A DNA stretch of 64,000 nt from Raillietiella orientalis (GCA_036172245.1 JAYWIR010000110.1:1-64000), one strand, 5' to 3'; counted from the stretch's first letter, positions 10,740 through 22,869 are shown. Numbers and translations are program-made. Notes: a model not told the origin generated them from the sequence alone.

Positions 10740-12810
10740 TGCCAGTTTGCTTAGCAGTCGCTGCGCCTCTTGAAGTTGCATGTGTATGACCCGTGATCCA
10801 TGTAGACAGAAGTCTTCGTGGGGATAGAATCACCACCGCGATGTGGTCTTACGTGAATGTACGTTGGCACTGTGCATTGACGATGTATTTTCCCTCCGCG
10901 CAACTTGCTCCTTTTGCTCATGGTCAGAAGCAGTGAGCATTGCCGTATGCATAGCTACAGTTGACGCACGTATGCAGGGAACGCGTTTCATGCTGTCCTA
11001 GAGAATAGCGGTTGGTTATTTGCTTTGGTTCTCGCTTTCAGAAATGATCATAGCTTACGTGTGGTACTCGGAAATGTCAACAAGAATTGCATACCTCCAA
11101 CACACATTCTTCTTTCCACATTTCACTATTTTCAGATTTGAACTTTTCTGTGAACTTGATTGTAGCCTGCATAACCTCGTGTTCTTGAGAAACACACTCG
11201 GATGCATATTCCATCAAGATCAGGCGCTCTTCTGGGATTGGACGTTCCACGGAAAGCAAGAAGCGGATTCAGAATCTGTTCTGCAGCACGCACTTGGCCT
11301 CGTGCCTCTCGGGCGTAAATGGCAACGGTTTAGACTATCTGGAGAAACCAAATTGTGAGTTGCGGCTCTGCACGGTTCACATCTTTCGAGATGCTCATAC
11401 CGTTTGCGACGGCAACTGTCATTCGCATCGTGATGCTTGTGACGGAGGTGTCAAACCTCAGTTAGCTTAGACGCTGAAGATGCAGGTGTTCTCTAGCAAA
11501 AGTGGAACCTCCGGACGGATTTTGCTTCCAGAAGCCCCCAACAATTTGTTGGGTCTAATAGTCGCAAGCGGTCTCTGAGTAAATTGCTGTGCTGCCGTCG
11601 TGGTTTCGAAGTAGATGCGGTGGAAAAGTGGGAACATTCTGTAGAGCCTCCCTATTACGTTGCGATCCGCCATCGCACACACGTGCTGTGACTTTCACGG
11701 CGGGTCCCTGTACGTAACCGAACAAAAGGCACGCTTAAACCAAGTCACTTGAGAGTTTTCACACGCAAGAACATGATGCGAACCAACTCCGCTCTTTCCA
11801 CGTACTTGAGTTGCTCTCCAGATATCCATCAACCTGGTGCCGAGATGAAGAAGTGTGGAAATAAGGCGCTCCACCGATGCAAAACGAAATCTTTTGGGAG
11901 CATAGAGACAACTCGTCAATTAAGGAAGCCACCACCCGCAATGTGTCATGCAAGTTTCTTCGACATTGGATCACGCTGCTCGCAAACTCTCTATTGGACG
12001 TTAAGGGTCTTCCAAAGTGCTTGATGTGCGCCATCCATCCCTCGATATGGCGCTATTTCTGTCTGGTTGAGAGCAGGCTACTAATGGCGATATGATTTTC
12101 ACTCGCGGACTATCTAACCAACAGCCTATTATCATCAACTTGAATACATATGGAGGAACGAATGTGTCAATACTTTACGGTCCTTTTCTTTCTACCAGTA
12201 CTTTCACGATTCTCGATTGCTGCAAAGCAACTTACGTGCCTTCGATTACGAATGAACTCAAAATTCCATGTACCAAGTGCGATAATGGACTTGATGTTTT
12301 GGTTATTAAAGTCGATGGAACTCAAGACACGTGTCCGATGCTCACATGCATCTATTCATATCAACGGATTCTTCCTGCTGAAAAGTGGATGCGTCGATTC
12401 CTTTGTACCCCTGCGTTTAACTGTGCATATTGACGTGTCAACACCCTGGCGGTTTTCTCGCCGTGGATACGGATAATGTGTCGCTTTGCATTCTGACGAA
12501 GAACGCGGTTTCTCATCAGCAACTCATGGAATCAAAGATCGGCGACTTTCCCTCAGCTTTCTCCAAGTGCTGCAATGTTCGCATCATTGGACGGTTGTTG
12601 CGCAATTCATAAGCGGCTTGGTCACAAGCAGCCTCAAGTGTCTGAGTCCTTACTACGGAAGAACATTTCTTCATTGACGCCTAGATGATCCGAGAACCGA
12701 ACTGCTAAGTTTCGGGGAACCCTTTCCCAGGTTTGTAGGTGGGCTGCAGGTGATGAACAGTCTCGATTCATATGAATTCGCAATCAGCAAGATGACGGTT
12801 CTCTCCACTG
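10740..12810 (-). mobile_element. Degenerate piggyBac-type transposase remnant
   Basis: Ordered decayed motifs: SAISRDGW (~MSRxRF), LYAPK..VERLI (~YxP..VDExLI), QFTQRPL..LLGASGSKIRPEVP (~DNxFTSxPL..LVGTxRxNKREIP), C-terminal HTCVNCSYAYGNAHCF* (Cys-rich domain). Confidence 0.6.
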
Positions 12811-12816
12811 TGCGCC

Positions 12817-13910
12817 TGTAACACTAGATTTTCCATTCTCTTTTCAATGTGGTTCCGTTTTTAACTTTCTTTCCTTGTTATTGGGAAGCCAAACTAATCC
12901 TAGAGTTTGCCTAATTTGTTCCTTCTTTTCTTCTCCAGTTTTCTTTGTTTCCGTTCGCGAAATATTCCAAATGAGCCTGTCGCGTGCCGTAAGGCGCACG
13001 TTACTTTTTTGAACACAGTGTTTTGTTACCACGGCTCTCCGTCTAAGGCAAGGGCCGATGTTTTCTAGAAGATAGAGCACCTTAGAAGAAGCTATGGATA
13101 TGAATCCAAAAAGATCTCGGAGTCCGTTCCTCTCTCAGCCATGGTGATCTCACCTCCCACCCTAGTTGTCTCCTTTCTCTTTCTCTCGTAACGCTCCCTC
13201 CCTCCTCAATGGGCATGGCTGTCCTGTCCGTTTTAAATTGTCTGATTAAAACTTCTTCGAAGGCTCATCACCCTTGTGTAAGGTGGTCCTCTCCATTTCA
13301 ACTTCTCCAATGGGAACCCGGAGAAACTCACTTTGGGAGAATTTCTGCTTCGTAGGTAAACCGCAATGGAACCGTTCCTGTTCACTCTTCTGAAGAGAAC
13401 CCCGAAAGCATGCTTCAGAAACTCCGAAGCGGCTCGGCGCTTGCTTGTAGGTACTCGCTCTCGCTTCCTTCCTTGTGCACTCGGTGGAGACGCGACGAAT
13501 CGGTGGGTATATCCTCGGCTGAGCAGGATCCGCTCCATCGAACAACTAGGGAGAGAAACCCGCGAAGGCTCTTGCTCCATGTTCCTTCTCTTGCTCTTTG
13601 TGAAGAGCATGATAGGAAGCGTACCACCGCTGAGGGCGGTCCGCTCCAGCTAACTACTAGGAGAGGAGCCCTTGCGTGCTCTTGCTAGAGGTGCCTTACA
13701 TTGCACTATGAAATGAGGCGATGAATCGGATTTGACCCCCGCTAAGGGGTCTGTTGTCCATTGTACAACCGGATGGCGAACTCCCCACTCCCTGGAATCG
13801 TGAAAGGACTCAAAGGTCGACTGCCATTGTTCCGGGGTTCATGAGAAGTCTCCGGCTTAAACTACCATCGGTGCCCCGACCGAATTTCATCGTACTCCCG
13901 TCGCCATTGC
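12817..13910 (-). mobile_element. Gypsy-like LTR retrotransposon remnant: gag fragment, PPT (13153-13164), 336-bp 3' LTR (13152-12817)
   Basis: Minus strand AGGGTGGGAGG followed by TG...TGTTACA; gag-like QWQSTFESFHDSREW...Q...LAG and KEGSESEY; no pol and no second LTR seen. Confidence 0.45.
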
Positions 13911-14788
13911 AGGAGAAACTCGGAACCCAACGACGCAGTTGCGTCATTTTCTGCCATATCCTTCGATTTGGCGACGCATCGTGCCATGCACAAAAGCCTT
14001 AACCCCAAAGCCTTTGACCCGCCCTAATCTTTATCCTCATCTTTAAGAGCAACGTGCATCGCACTATCTCTCGGAATATCACGGTAAAACAGTCATGAAT
14101 TTGCATTCGCTTGGTCGTAACGCTGGAAAGGAGGGAACTTTGTGAAGGATTCGCTTCAATCATTTCACAATTCCTCCATTCAAAAATAAATTCAAGTGAA
14201 TTCGGCAACAACACTAATGGTAAAATTGCAAAATTCTGGAATAAGAGTCCAATCGATTTGCAGTGTAAATGCGGTCGCATGATGCAAGGAAACGAAACCT
14301 TCCCGTGGCAACTACGTAGCTAAACCCTACGTCGCGGTATTCCAGTAGCCACAAGAGACCCTCATGGAGCGCCTTCTACAACGAGATCCCAAATACGCGT
14401 TCGCGGTTGGAACGCGGAGGCGGGCGCAGAGCTTCGTTTTCGGCGGCCCACAACGGACTGAGATACAGCGTATGCGGCTCCTCTGCTGCTCGCCAGCGCG
14501 CAGGCGCGGTTCGCTGCCCGCGGAACACCGGTCGCGCTAACGTTACGTGCACTCATATCCAGCAGAACATTGGTCTCGCTGCCTTGACGACACACATCAT
14601 GGCATCGTCGTTTATAATTCCATTGGCGGATCACGAATTCGTATTTTCCAGCATTCGAGAAATACTTTCAGGATACGACGGACTGTGTTCTCTCTTGTCT
14701 CGCGTCCTGCACGATTGCTGTTCTTCAAACGTTTCGACTGCACGCAAGGCGGACCATCGGGCTCTCGGATCCACCTCAGCCTCCAGCT

Positions 14789-15110
14789 GTGAGTACCGCT
14801 TCCAAGAGGACCTCAGTCAGCAGTTGGGAGTGCGCGGCCAGTGCACCGCTGGCCGCCCTCGCTCACGTTGAACACCCCTGTCAGCGTTCGGCGGCTGCTC
14901 GCGTCTGCGGATTGTGCCAGCGGGCAGACCGTGCGCGGGCGAACTTGCTTTTGACGCCATTCGAACGCGGAAGAAGCCAAACTTTCCGTGCAATGCTCGC
15001 CACCTGTTCACGGAAAATCGCCACAGCCTAGCTCGTTTGTGTGACAGCTGAACTCCCTCAGCGTACCAAGGAAGTGGATTGATGTTTCTCTCTATGATTG
15101 TTTCTTCCAG
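14789..15110 (+). other. Putative spliceosomal intron upstream of the orphan ORF
   Basis: GTGAGT donor conserved in A (14789) and B (28118, ~55596); pyrimidine-rich CAG acceptor conserved in all four copies. Confidence 0.45.
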
Positions 15111-15112
15111 GT

Positions 15113-15778
15113 ATGCCGAAGAAATCAGCAAATCCTACGCTACGAAAGCGGACTAGGATCTATCTACGCCTTCTACTCCAGAACAGACGCTTTCTCCGCT
15201 GGTATTTCATACACAGCACGAAGCTGCACACCATCGTCGAGGTGCCCGAAGAAGAGCAAAGCGCTGAGCTGATAGAGCAACTTCTTGCGGGCTACGCCGT
15301 TCAGGAGCACCTGCATGAGGAGACACCTGCAGTGCAGATGGAGCGGTACCAGGAGCACCTGCAGGAGCACTTAGGTGCACGGAAGCCGGATCAGCAGCAG
15401 CTGCTGTCTGGCGCAATGGACGCGCTCGCGTGCCGGCCGGAGCACGACCCCAACGAAGCAGAACGGCGTCCACGCGGACGCTGCTCCACGCAGCACGGAT
15501 CCTCTAGCTATAGACATGCCTCTTATTGCATTACAGGTCATCTTTCGCGATGCTGGGATCGCGTACTTGGTATTTTGGATGCGGCCTGCATGCTACCGAG
15601 CGAGAGTGACGATGATGGAGACCCCCAACCGCAAAGCCTATTATGGGGAGCAAAATGGTGTTTTTTTCTAATCCCCTATTTACTGCTAGTGTTCTATCTC
15701 AGGTTAGTACTTCTTCGTCGCGAGCTTCGTTCCCCAGTGGCGTTTGTTCCCTTCTTCAGGTTTCTGATTTGGTGGTAG
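15113..15778 (+). CDS. Orphan protein, A lineage, 221 aa from the ATG: basic N-terminus, LHTIVEVPEEE motif, QEHL repeats
   Basis: ATG 2 nt after the TTTCTTCCAG acceptor; frame open and indel-free versus the B lineage; synonymous excess. Confidence 0.6.
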   Translation: MPKKSANPTLRKRTRIYLRLLLQNRRFLRWYFIHSTKLHTIVEVPEEEQSAELIEQLLAGYAVQEHLHEETPAVQMERYQEHLQEHLGARKPDQQQLLSGAMDALACRPEHDPNEAERRPRGRCSTQHGSSSYRHASYCITGHLSRCWDRVLGILDAACMLPSESDDDGDPQPQSLLWGAKWCFFLIPYLLLVFYLRLVLLRRELRSPVAFVPFFRFLIWW

Positions 15779-15889
15779 CGGAACAAGCAATGGAATCGTC
15801 CTGTTGACACGAGTGCCGTCCGCTCATCTTCTTCGTCCTCTGTTTGATGATCCGCTATTTAGTTTCGTGTGCAAATCCAAATTCTGGAG

Positions 15890-17806
15890 TTCAGTGAGTT
15901 TACGGATTTCAAAGTTGCCGGGCAATCTTAAGTGAAATTCGTATGTTTATTAATAAGCAAATAAACTACAGGAATAACCAAGCCTCAATATTTATTAACA
16001 AGCTCATATCAGGAACATATTCAGGAATTTGCTTGGACTTATGCTTTGAGATTGCTAACAGATGAAGTTGTATTTGTGGTTTTTGTTCGTTGGGTACATC
16101 ACTAGACACATAGCAGAAGTAAGATAATATACACATAGGATTCAACAATGTTGAACACATGCATTCCTCGTGCGCTTGCGTTTCCGAAAGCACCGTCATT
16201 CACCCAATACTTGAAAAATTTTTTCTACATTCAATTCAGACGTAAGAATTCGGAAGGCCAAATGGGAAGGGTTTTAGAAACTCGTTCCACGACTTTCCCT
16301 TTTTTCTCCTTATTGCCACAGATTCTCCACAATACTAGCAAGTTGAAACAGTGTATAGATTCTCTGGCTTCATAGACATTCTGTTTACATGTTCCCATAT
16401 ATGGCTTTTTATAAACACCAATACAATATAATGGAAGTAATTTGCACGTATCTTCGATGTTTCTAAACTTCCTATACCTGTTATACATTTGCTCATCATA
16501 CTAAGTTGGTTGAGAAAATGTAAATTCTTTCTTACGGGCACATGGATTGCTAATGAGCTCGAGTGGAATTGCGTCGACGCTGCCTATTGTGGTGTCGTCA
16601 TGGAAAGGTTTTCAAAGGTCGTAAGTAACACTGCTGCAAGGAAGATGATCCCTCAGAAAACAAGCTCGTTTCTAGAGCAGAGCGCATCCTACCACAACTT
16701 TAGTACATCCCGATTGCAGATCCTCCGCAGTTCAGGAAAGCCATTTCTGTGCGATCGAAAAGAGGTATCTAGCCTCCAGTTTTGCCACGACGCAAAGTGA
16801 ATTGCAGAATCGAGATTTTGGGAGCCAAATATAAATTTTGGATTTGGTTGCCTTAGGCATTGCGATCCGTGCAGTCCCACGCTACAGAAATCTGCTGACT
16901 GCGTGGCCAGATTGGTGAAAGTGGTGATGCTCTTCCTTGCCCTGTTACCCACTGGGATGTCACTCAATTTGGTGAGCATACGAGGTAGGAAACATTCGTT
17001 TATTTCTATCCCGATGTGGCCGCTTCTTCTCCTCTTCCCTAGCTTTTTTCTCTGCCCCATGGCAACGACGTGGTGCTCTTAAGGATCGTTGGCTTGCAAG
17101 TAGCGAAAGTGCATTTTCCGCGCTTGCTTGCTACCTACGTGCTGCGGTCGCGGACTGCTTCCGTAATAAAATCGAGAATGGCGCAGAGACAAGTCCTTTT
17201 GCGGAAAGTAGTGAGAGAGCAAATCTTTTTTATCCATGCTAGTTGCAGGAAATGAGCTACGGATACCAAGATTCTTATTTTCACAACATTCTTTTATTGC
17301 GTAACTTGAAAATGATGCAACCTATTACTTGCAGGAATATTATGCATACACCATATGTTTTATCATTTGCCTTTTGAAAGCTGTTCGTTGCTGGGACGTG
17401 TTGTATATAGTTGAGCATCATTTGAAGCAAAATCATAGGAAGATGTCTGCCTGTGTTTCTGGATTCACAATATTGGTGTGGGGTTTCGTAGGAGACCAAA
17501 ACTTTTCTTACATACGCCCATCAAACATGTGGCGAATGTTAAGAAACTTCTTTGGTTGATGATAGTTTTCTAAAGTAGATGAGCGGATTAAACCTTTAGT
17601 TTAAAATGGTAAAGCTGTACAGCTTCCAACGCGGCCTAGCACGATCATGAATTTCATTTAAGCAGGAGTCACGTTTTCGGTTTGTGCGTATGCACATTTA
17701 TCAGCTCAATCTTTCGAGGAACTCGTGGCCGCTTACTTTCGACAGGAACACCTCCATTTTCCTGGTTCGCTTGGGGCAAGCGGATCAAATCCTTCCTCTC
17801 TTAACT
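15890..17806 (+). pseudogene. Degenerate Maverick pPolB (unit 2)
   Basis: Same motifs, plus VYGFQSC at ~15898 (~VYEFxGC of the pPolB nuclease-like insert). Confidence 0.72.
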
Positions 17807-18021
17807 CTCAACATTGAAGGTTGTTGCTTTCATAACGGCGTCGATAGGAAACTAGACAAACAGCCTGAGCGATGCTTGAATCGAAGACAAGCTACTGCTG
17901 AGCGGCGGCGGGAATCCTTGAGGTGTTCTTTCTGAACTGAAACTGAAGTGGCACACTTCTTAAGAAACTAATGTTCGGTGGAAATCCTTATCTTAATTTC
18001 CATTCTTGACATGTTTATTTT

Positions 18022-18910
18022 GTGCGTATACGAATGGAAATACCAGAGATTGAGACATTCATCACACTTGACGGAGCATCCAAAAATTTTAAACTTTCGA
18101 TTCGTTTCTACAAAAGCATGGAAAAGTCCATTCTCGAGACAGGTGTATGTATTCTTAATGCGTCGCTTGTTCTGTGTTCCTTGAAAGATACTGAAACCAA
18201 TAGGTTCACACATCTCGAAGCATGGGAATGTCCGTGCGCAATGGAAACGGTGCACAGCAATAGTTTCCGGTACAGGGAAGAGCTCATTTCCGTTTCAGTT
18301 TTCCCCGTGGGATACGCACAGCTCTCAGGAATAAAAGGATTCACAGTCTCTGGAAACGATGTCGTGTAGAAGTCGATTTGTCTGCACCTGCTGCTCGCGC
18401 CTCGAAGAGCATGCTAGTTGCGAGGAGAATTGCGGTCGGCTGGCAACATCGGACCTGTGAGGAAGTGCGGCCACGCGGCCCGAGAACTGCTGCAGTGCAA
18501 AGGTGATGGAGGTGGGAGCTTGCCCGCTCAGAGTTCCCTCGTGCGCCATGCAGAGTACACAAAGGTCTCCGTTTGCAGAAATTTCGCATTTCGCCACGGC
18601 ACGCATTTTGCCCGTACCAATCTGAAGAGCCTTCCGGAAGCGGCTGGAGGGTGGGCTGCAAAGCGCAATCTTCGCTGTTTATTTTCAGTTCGGAGAGCTT
18701 ACTGTACTTAAGCGGAAAATGCTTTATTTCCGCTAAACGAATGTCGTTTATGATTGTCATCCGAGCGAAGAATCTTTGAAGTGTCACCTTCGTTACAGAG
18801 CGGTTCTCATCAAAACGAATCCCGTTTATCCCAAAGTGGCAACAAGTACCCGCAGAGGCCCCCAACGCTCTCCACGAATATCCCATGGTAGTCTGCCATC
18901 TAGAAAGCAC
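18022..18910 (+). pseudogene. Degenerate Maverick minor capsid (unit 2, long form)
   Basis: Same motifs, plus SSLFIFS...SG...R...SVTF resembling the PX C-terminal half. Confidence 0.5.
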
Positions 18911-18927
18911 GTCTTCTGAACGGTTGA

Positions 18928-19143
18928 ATGCTTTCTTTAATGCTCTCACCGAATCAAATCATTTCACTCCATCCGTTGTTATCATGGATACTTTCTAATC
19001 TCGGTTCCATTTTCTCTAAAATCTTTGTTCTTCTTTTTCGAGCACTTCAGGAACGATCGTCACCGTCGGACAGAGCGCTTTCCGTCGTGATAAAGCAAAC
19101 GGGCAACAGGTTGCCAGCACGTTCGCATCCGAAAAAGGACTAG
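18928..19143 (+). pseudogene. Remnant of small Maverick ORF between minor and major capsid genes (GxGxxFxxLFR-type, core-like protein)
   Basis: NLGSIFSKIFVLLFR...KQTG; syntenic position; paralogs at ~2720, 32129, 47641, 59604. Confidence 0.4.
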
Positions 19144-19244
19144 ATAGAAGAGCACACTGTCGTGCTCCATGTGCTCAAGGCCGATCGCGTCCTTCGTGAA
19201 CCAGCGTCTATGAGCTACTGTCTCACATATCCCTTATCATTACG

Positions 19245-20445
19245 TTGAATGTTATGGAATGAAGTGGATCTCGTGAAAAAGAGTTGACCTCATGGTTGTT
19301 GCTGTTTCGCTGTGATCGTCCGGTCCCTGCGAGCTTTCAAATGTTCACTTGCATGCACCATCGCCGTTGAACAACGTTCAAATCGATCCTCTCTCCTGAA
19401 GGTTGGATTAAATCGAGAGGAATCTCTACTGCTCAAGCACTCTCTATCTGACTTTTTTCCTAGATAGTGAAAGCATTTATGAAGACAACATTCCAAATGT
19501 CTGCACAACGCCAGAGCCGAATCATATACGTTCATCGATATGCATATGTCGATGTATGGGGAAGGTTTTCGTCGACCTACCGTTTGCTGTCACGGAGCAC
19601 TGACACGCTGCATTCAGGCAGCCTATTTATCATTTATTACGAATTTCTTCCCACTTTCGTGCCACCAAGACTGTACTTGATTTTCCGCTGTCGGAGTATC
19701 TGCGAGCAAAGCCGCGGATTGAGGTCACTCTTCATGGTCAGATATTCCTTGCCATATGCTGTCCCGAGTACGTTTAGATAATGTAGCTGCGGTACATTTC
19801 TCCAGAGCAATGCCTCTGCCGGAGTTTCTGTCTTCCATGGTATTCCAACATCCTTCCGAAAAACGCACGTGTTCGTTCCCAGGAAAGGTGTAACCTCGTG
19901 CACTTACGGTCAATTCACAAAGCTCCACGTTTCGTTTACCATACTGAAGATCAACTCTTGCACGCTCTGCAAAGAAGATATCTTGCTAATTTTGACTTCC
20001 AGCAATTGAATTTCGGACTTTCACGCAAGCATTTTAAGGTTCTGAAGGGAATTGTGGACTCAAAGGAAATCGGGGAATTCCAATTTCAACCTGGAGAAGG
20101 TGAGCAGTCAAAAGTTTGTGATCTTTATGGTCTAGTAGGCGTTATGCGACGAGACGAGGAATCCTTCCGCAATCATAATAATCACACACAAAGGAAACCT
20201 TCATTACACCCTGAAACTCTGCGTGGTTCAGGGATTTAAAACCACGATACTCCTCACGATTCGAGTACTATTGCTGATTGAGGAGAAGAACAATTTTTTT
20301 GCTATTTCTGAAGAGAACGCTGCCAAATCTTCGTTTCGTTTTCTACCCAGGAGATCGGTGTCATCAACTTGGGAGTTATCTATTTCTACTTGTATCCTAC
20401 GAGATTCAACGTGCGGCAGAAGTCCATTCACATCTGGAAGGCAGC
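19245..20445 (+). pseudogene. Degenerate Maverick major capsid protein (double jelly-roll, PY), 3'-truncated by the NUMT
   Basis: RVDL (~ELDLF), STLYL, SRSTDTL (~SxSxNTY), QRRYLANFDFQQLNFGLSRKHFKVL (~QxRYLxNGVDLxIKLxRSxxxFxL), HNNHTQRKPSLHP (~HxxxLxKxPAxYP), SSFRF (~NPFNF), in the expected order. Confidence 0.62.
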
Positions 20446-20808
20446 GATGATACATATGTACATATATATAAATATATATGTACAAATGCAAATGAATATG
20501 TATAATTATATTTAACATCTTTCATTATACATACATGTTCCATGTACTGTGAGATAAAAATATTTAAGTACATTAATTATTCATTATAATAAAATATTAA
20601 TTTTATACCTGACATATAATGTAATAGTTATATTAAATTTTCAGAGTACAAAGAACATTCTTTGATTTATAATTAACTCCAAATGTTTTATATAACAATC
20701 ATTTATTGTTATTATTATAAAATATATTATCCTCAGTTAGTATGAAAAAACTAATTCCCAAAATATTTTTAATTTTAAAAAAAATGAATTCAGATTCATT
20801 TTTCATAA

Positions 20809-20861
20809 AAAGAAATAGTTTAATGAATATTTTCTTTACATCAAAAAGGAAAATTTCTTTA
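20809..20861 (+). tRNA. trnV: mt-tRNA-Val, NUMT copy with anticodon-stem mismatch
   Basis: Paralog of 7485-7537. Confidence 0.68.
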
Positions 20862-20884
20862 TTTATACTAATATGACAGAAATT

Positions 20885-21592
20885 AAATTTGGGATTGAAT
20901 TATGCTTTACGTTAAAGGCTATTAGTAATAATTTTTGCATGAGGTTTAGTGTTAATTGGAATAATAAGGTATGTATAAATTTTAAAAGCAGATACATAGT
21001 ATTTAATTTTAATTCTAAAAGGGATTTGAATTAGTAATGATTTAATGTTTTATGAATATGCGTGCCAGCAATAGCGGTTAAACGTGAAAGTTAAATTAAC
21101 ATTAATGTTTTATTAATTTAATATGAGAACTTTTGGTTCGATAGGAGGTTATTGGTTTTTAATAAGCTATTATAAATAAAATAGAATTAGATACTCTAAT
21201 ATAAATGCTGGATATTAAAAAATAAAGGGAAGGGGACTTATATGAATTGGTGGTAATGAGAATTATTAGAGGAGTTTGCTTAGTAAACGGTAATCCGCGA
21301 GGAACTTCCTTTTTCTAGTGTTTGTATATCGTTGATTCGTTTATTTAAGAGTAATTAATTTTCTAAATAGATTGTAATTAAGAGTGCTAATCAAGATGCA
21401 GTATAAAAAAGAATGATTTGTGTACTACGTTATCTTAAATTTGGATGTGTTGAATTGAAATAGGATTTAATTGTAAATTTGTTTAAGAAGAGCAAGTTGA
21501 ATTTAACAATCATTAAATTCAAATCGCCCGTCGCTCTGATATAATATTAGATAAGTCGTAACATAGTAGATGTACCGGAAGGTGTATCTAGG
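20885..21592 (+). rRNA. rrnS: Mitochondrial 12S rRNA, NUMT pseudogene
   Basis: GTGCCAGCAATAGCGG, ATTAGATAC, AAGTCGTAACATAG. Confidence 0.92.
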
Positions 21593-21599
21593 CAAATGG

Positions 21600-22770
21600 G
21601 TAATTTACTAGTAGAAGTAACGATTGGCTTGAAGTTGATAATTATTAAAAATTTGGTTAAGTTTGAGTATGAGATTATTAGTAAGAAATTTTATTTTATA
21701 ATGATAGTGAAAAGTACTGAATACGACAGTCAATTAATAGTGATAAAGTATTAAAATTAATTACCTTTTGTATCAGAGTGGAATCAATTGAAAATTTATA
21801 TTTCATGTTTGAATGTTAATGAGTTAAATAAAATGATTGTTGTATGTAAGAAAATATAGCGGAATTTTATTTAGGGGTGATATGCTGACAAATTAATAGT
21901 TCTAATTATTAGTAAGTAAAAATTGGGGATAAACTTGATTTATTTATAAATATAATAATAGGTATAAATTAGGAGCATTGAAGTAGCTATTACAAAGTTT
22001 TAATACTAAGTTAATGTTGATTTTAAAAGTATTATGGTAATCTAATGTAATTAATAATAATTTATGTGAAATAATGCTTCAATTACTAAGATCTTAGGTA
22101 AGATTAGATTGTGAAGTGAGAATATTATAAGGAATTAGGCAAAAATTTGTTTCAACTATTTCTTAAAAACATTTCCTTATGAGTAATATAAGGTATAATC
22201 TGCCCGGTATATAATAAACAGCTGCAGTGTATTGACTGTACTAAGGTAGCATACTAGTTAGTTATTTCATTGATAACCTGAATGAAAGATTGTATTAAGC
22301 AAGACTGTCTTATTTTGTGTATTTGAATTTAATGTTATAGTGAAAAATCTATAGTGAATTTAGGGGACGAGAAGACCCTTCAGATCTAGTGTCTTTGAAT
22401 AGATTGAAAATGTGGTAGTGAAATGAGATTTTGATGAGATGTTATCTGGGGCGGATAATGAAGAATTTATCTTCATGATTCAAAATTTATATATTAAGTA
22501 ATATTGATCTTGAAATGAAGAAAAAGTTACCTAAGGGATAAAAACGTAATTTTCATGGAAAGTTCTAATTGATATGAAATTTTGCGACCTCGATGTTGAA
22601 TTAGGCATCTATAAGACGAAGAAGGTTTATAGCAACAGTCTGTTCGACTGAAAATCCTACATGATTTGAATTTAGATCGGCGTAAGCCAGATTGGTTTAC
22701 ATCTTTAAATTATAACTTGTTTTGTTAGTACGAAAGAATTGGAAAGTTAAAATATTTTTTGGGTAAAGGA
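21600..22770 (+). rRNA. rrnL: Mitochondrial 16S rRNA, NUMT pseudogene
   Basis: Same motifs; TGCGACCTCGATGTTG intact. Confidence 0.93.
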
Positions 22771-22869
22771 AAATTTTAATATCCATGATTTAAAGAATTC
22801 TTTGAGTAGTTAGACTTTCTTAGAATTAATTATTGGAAATTTCAGATATTTTGAAAGTTGAACGTGTTA

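Larger units (their letters stand above)
1..16116. repeat. Tandem composite unit 1 (arbitrary phase): A-type PolB, B-type capsid region with LINE, full NUMT, intact A-type orphan ORF
   Basis: AAGTAAGATAATATACACATAGG at 1 recurs at 16117 and 44808, with variants at 29447 and 56921; all modules are collinear. Confidence 0.95.

Noticed and set aside
12025..12816. hAT-like insertion with 8-bp TSD TGTGCGCC
   Set aside because: No terminal inverted repeats, and the interior seems to continue the piggyBac frame; deletion in unit 4 is simpler
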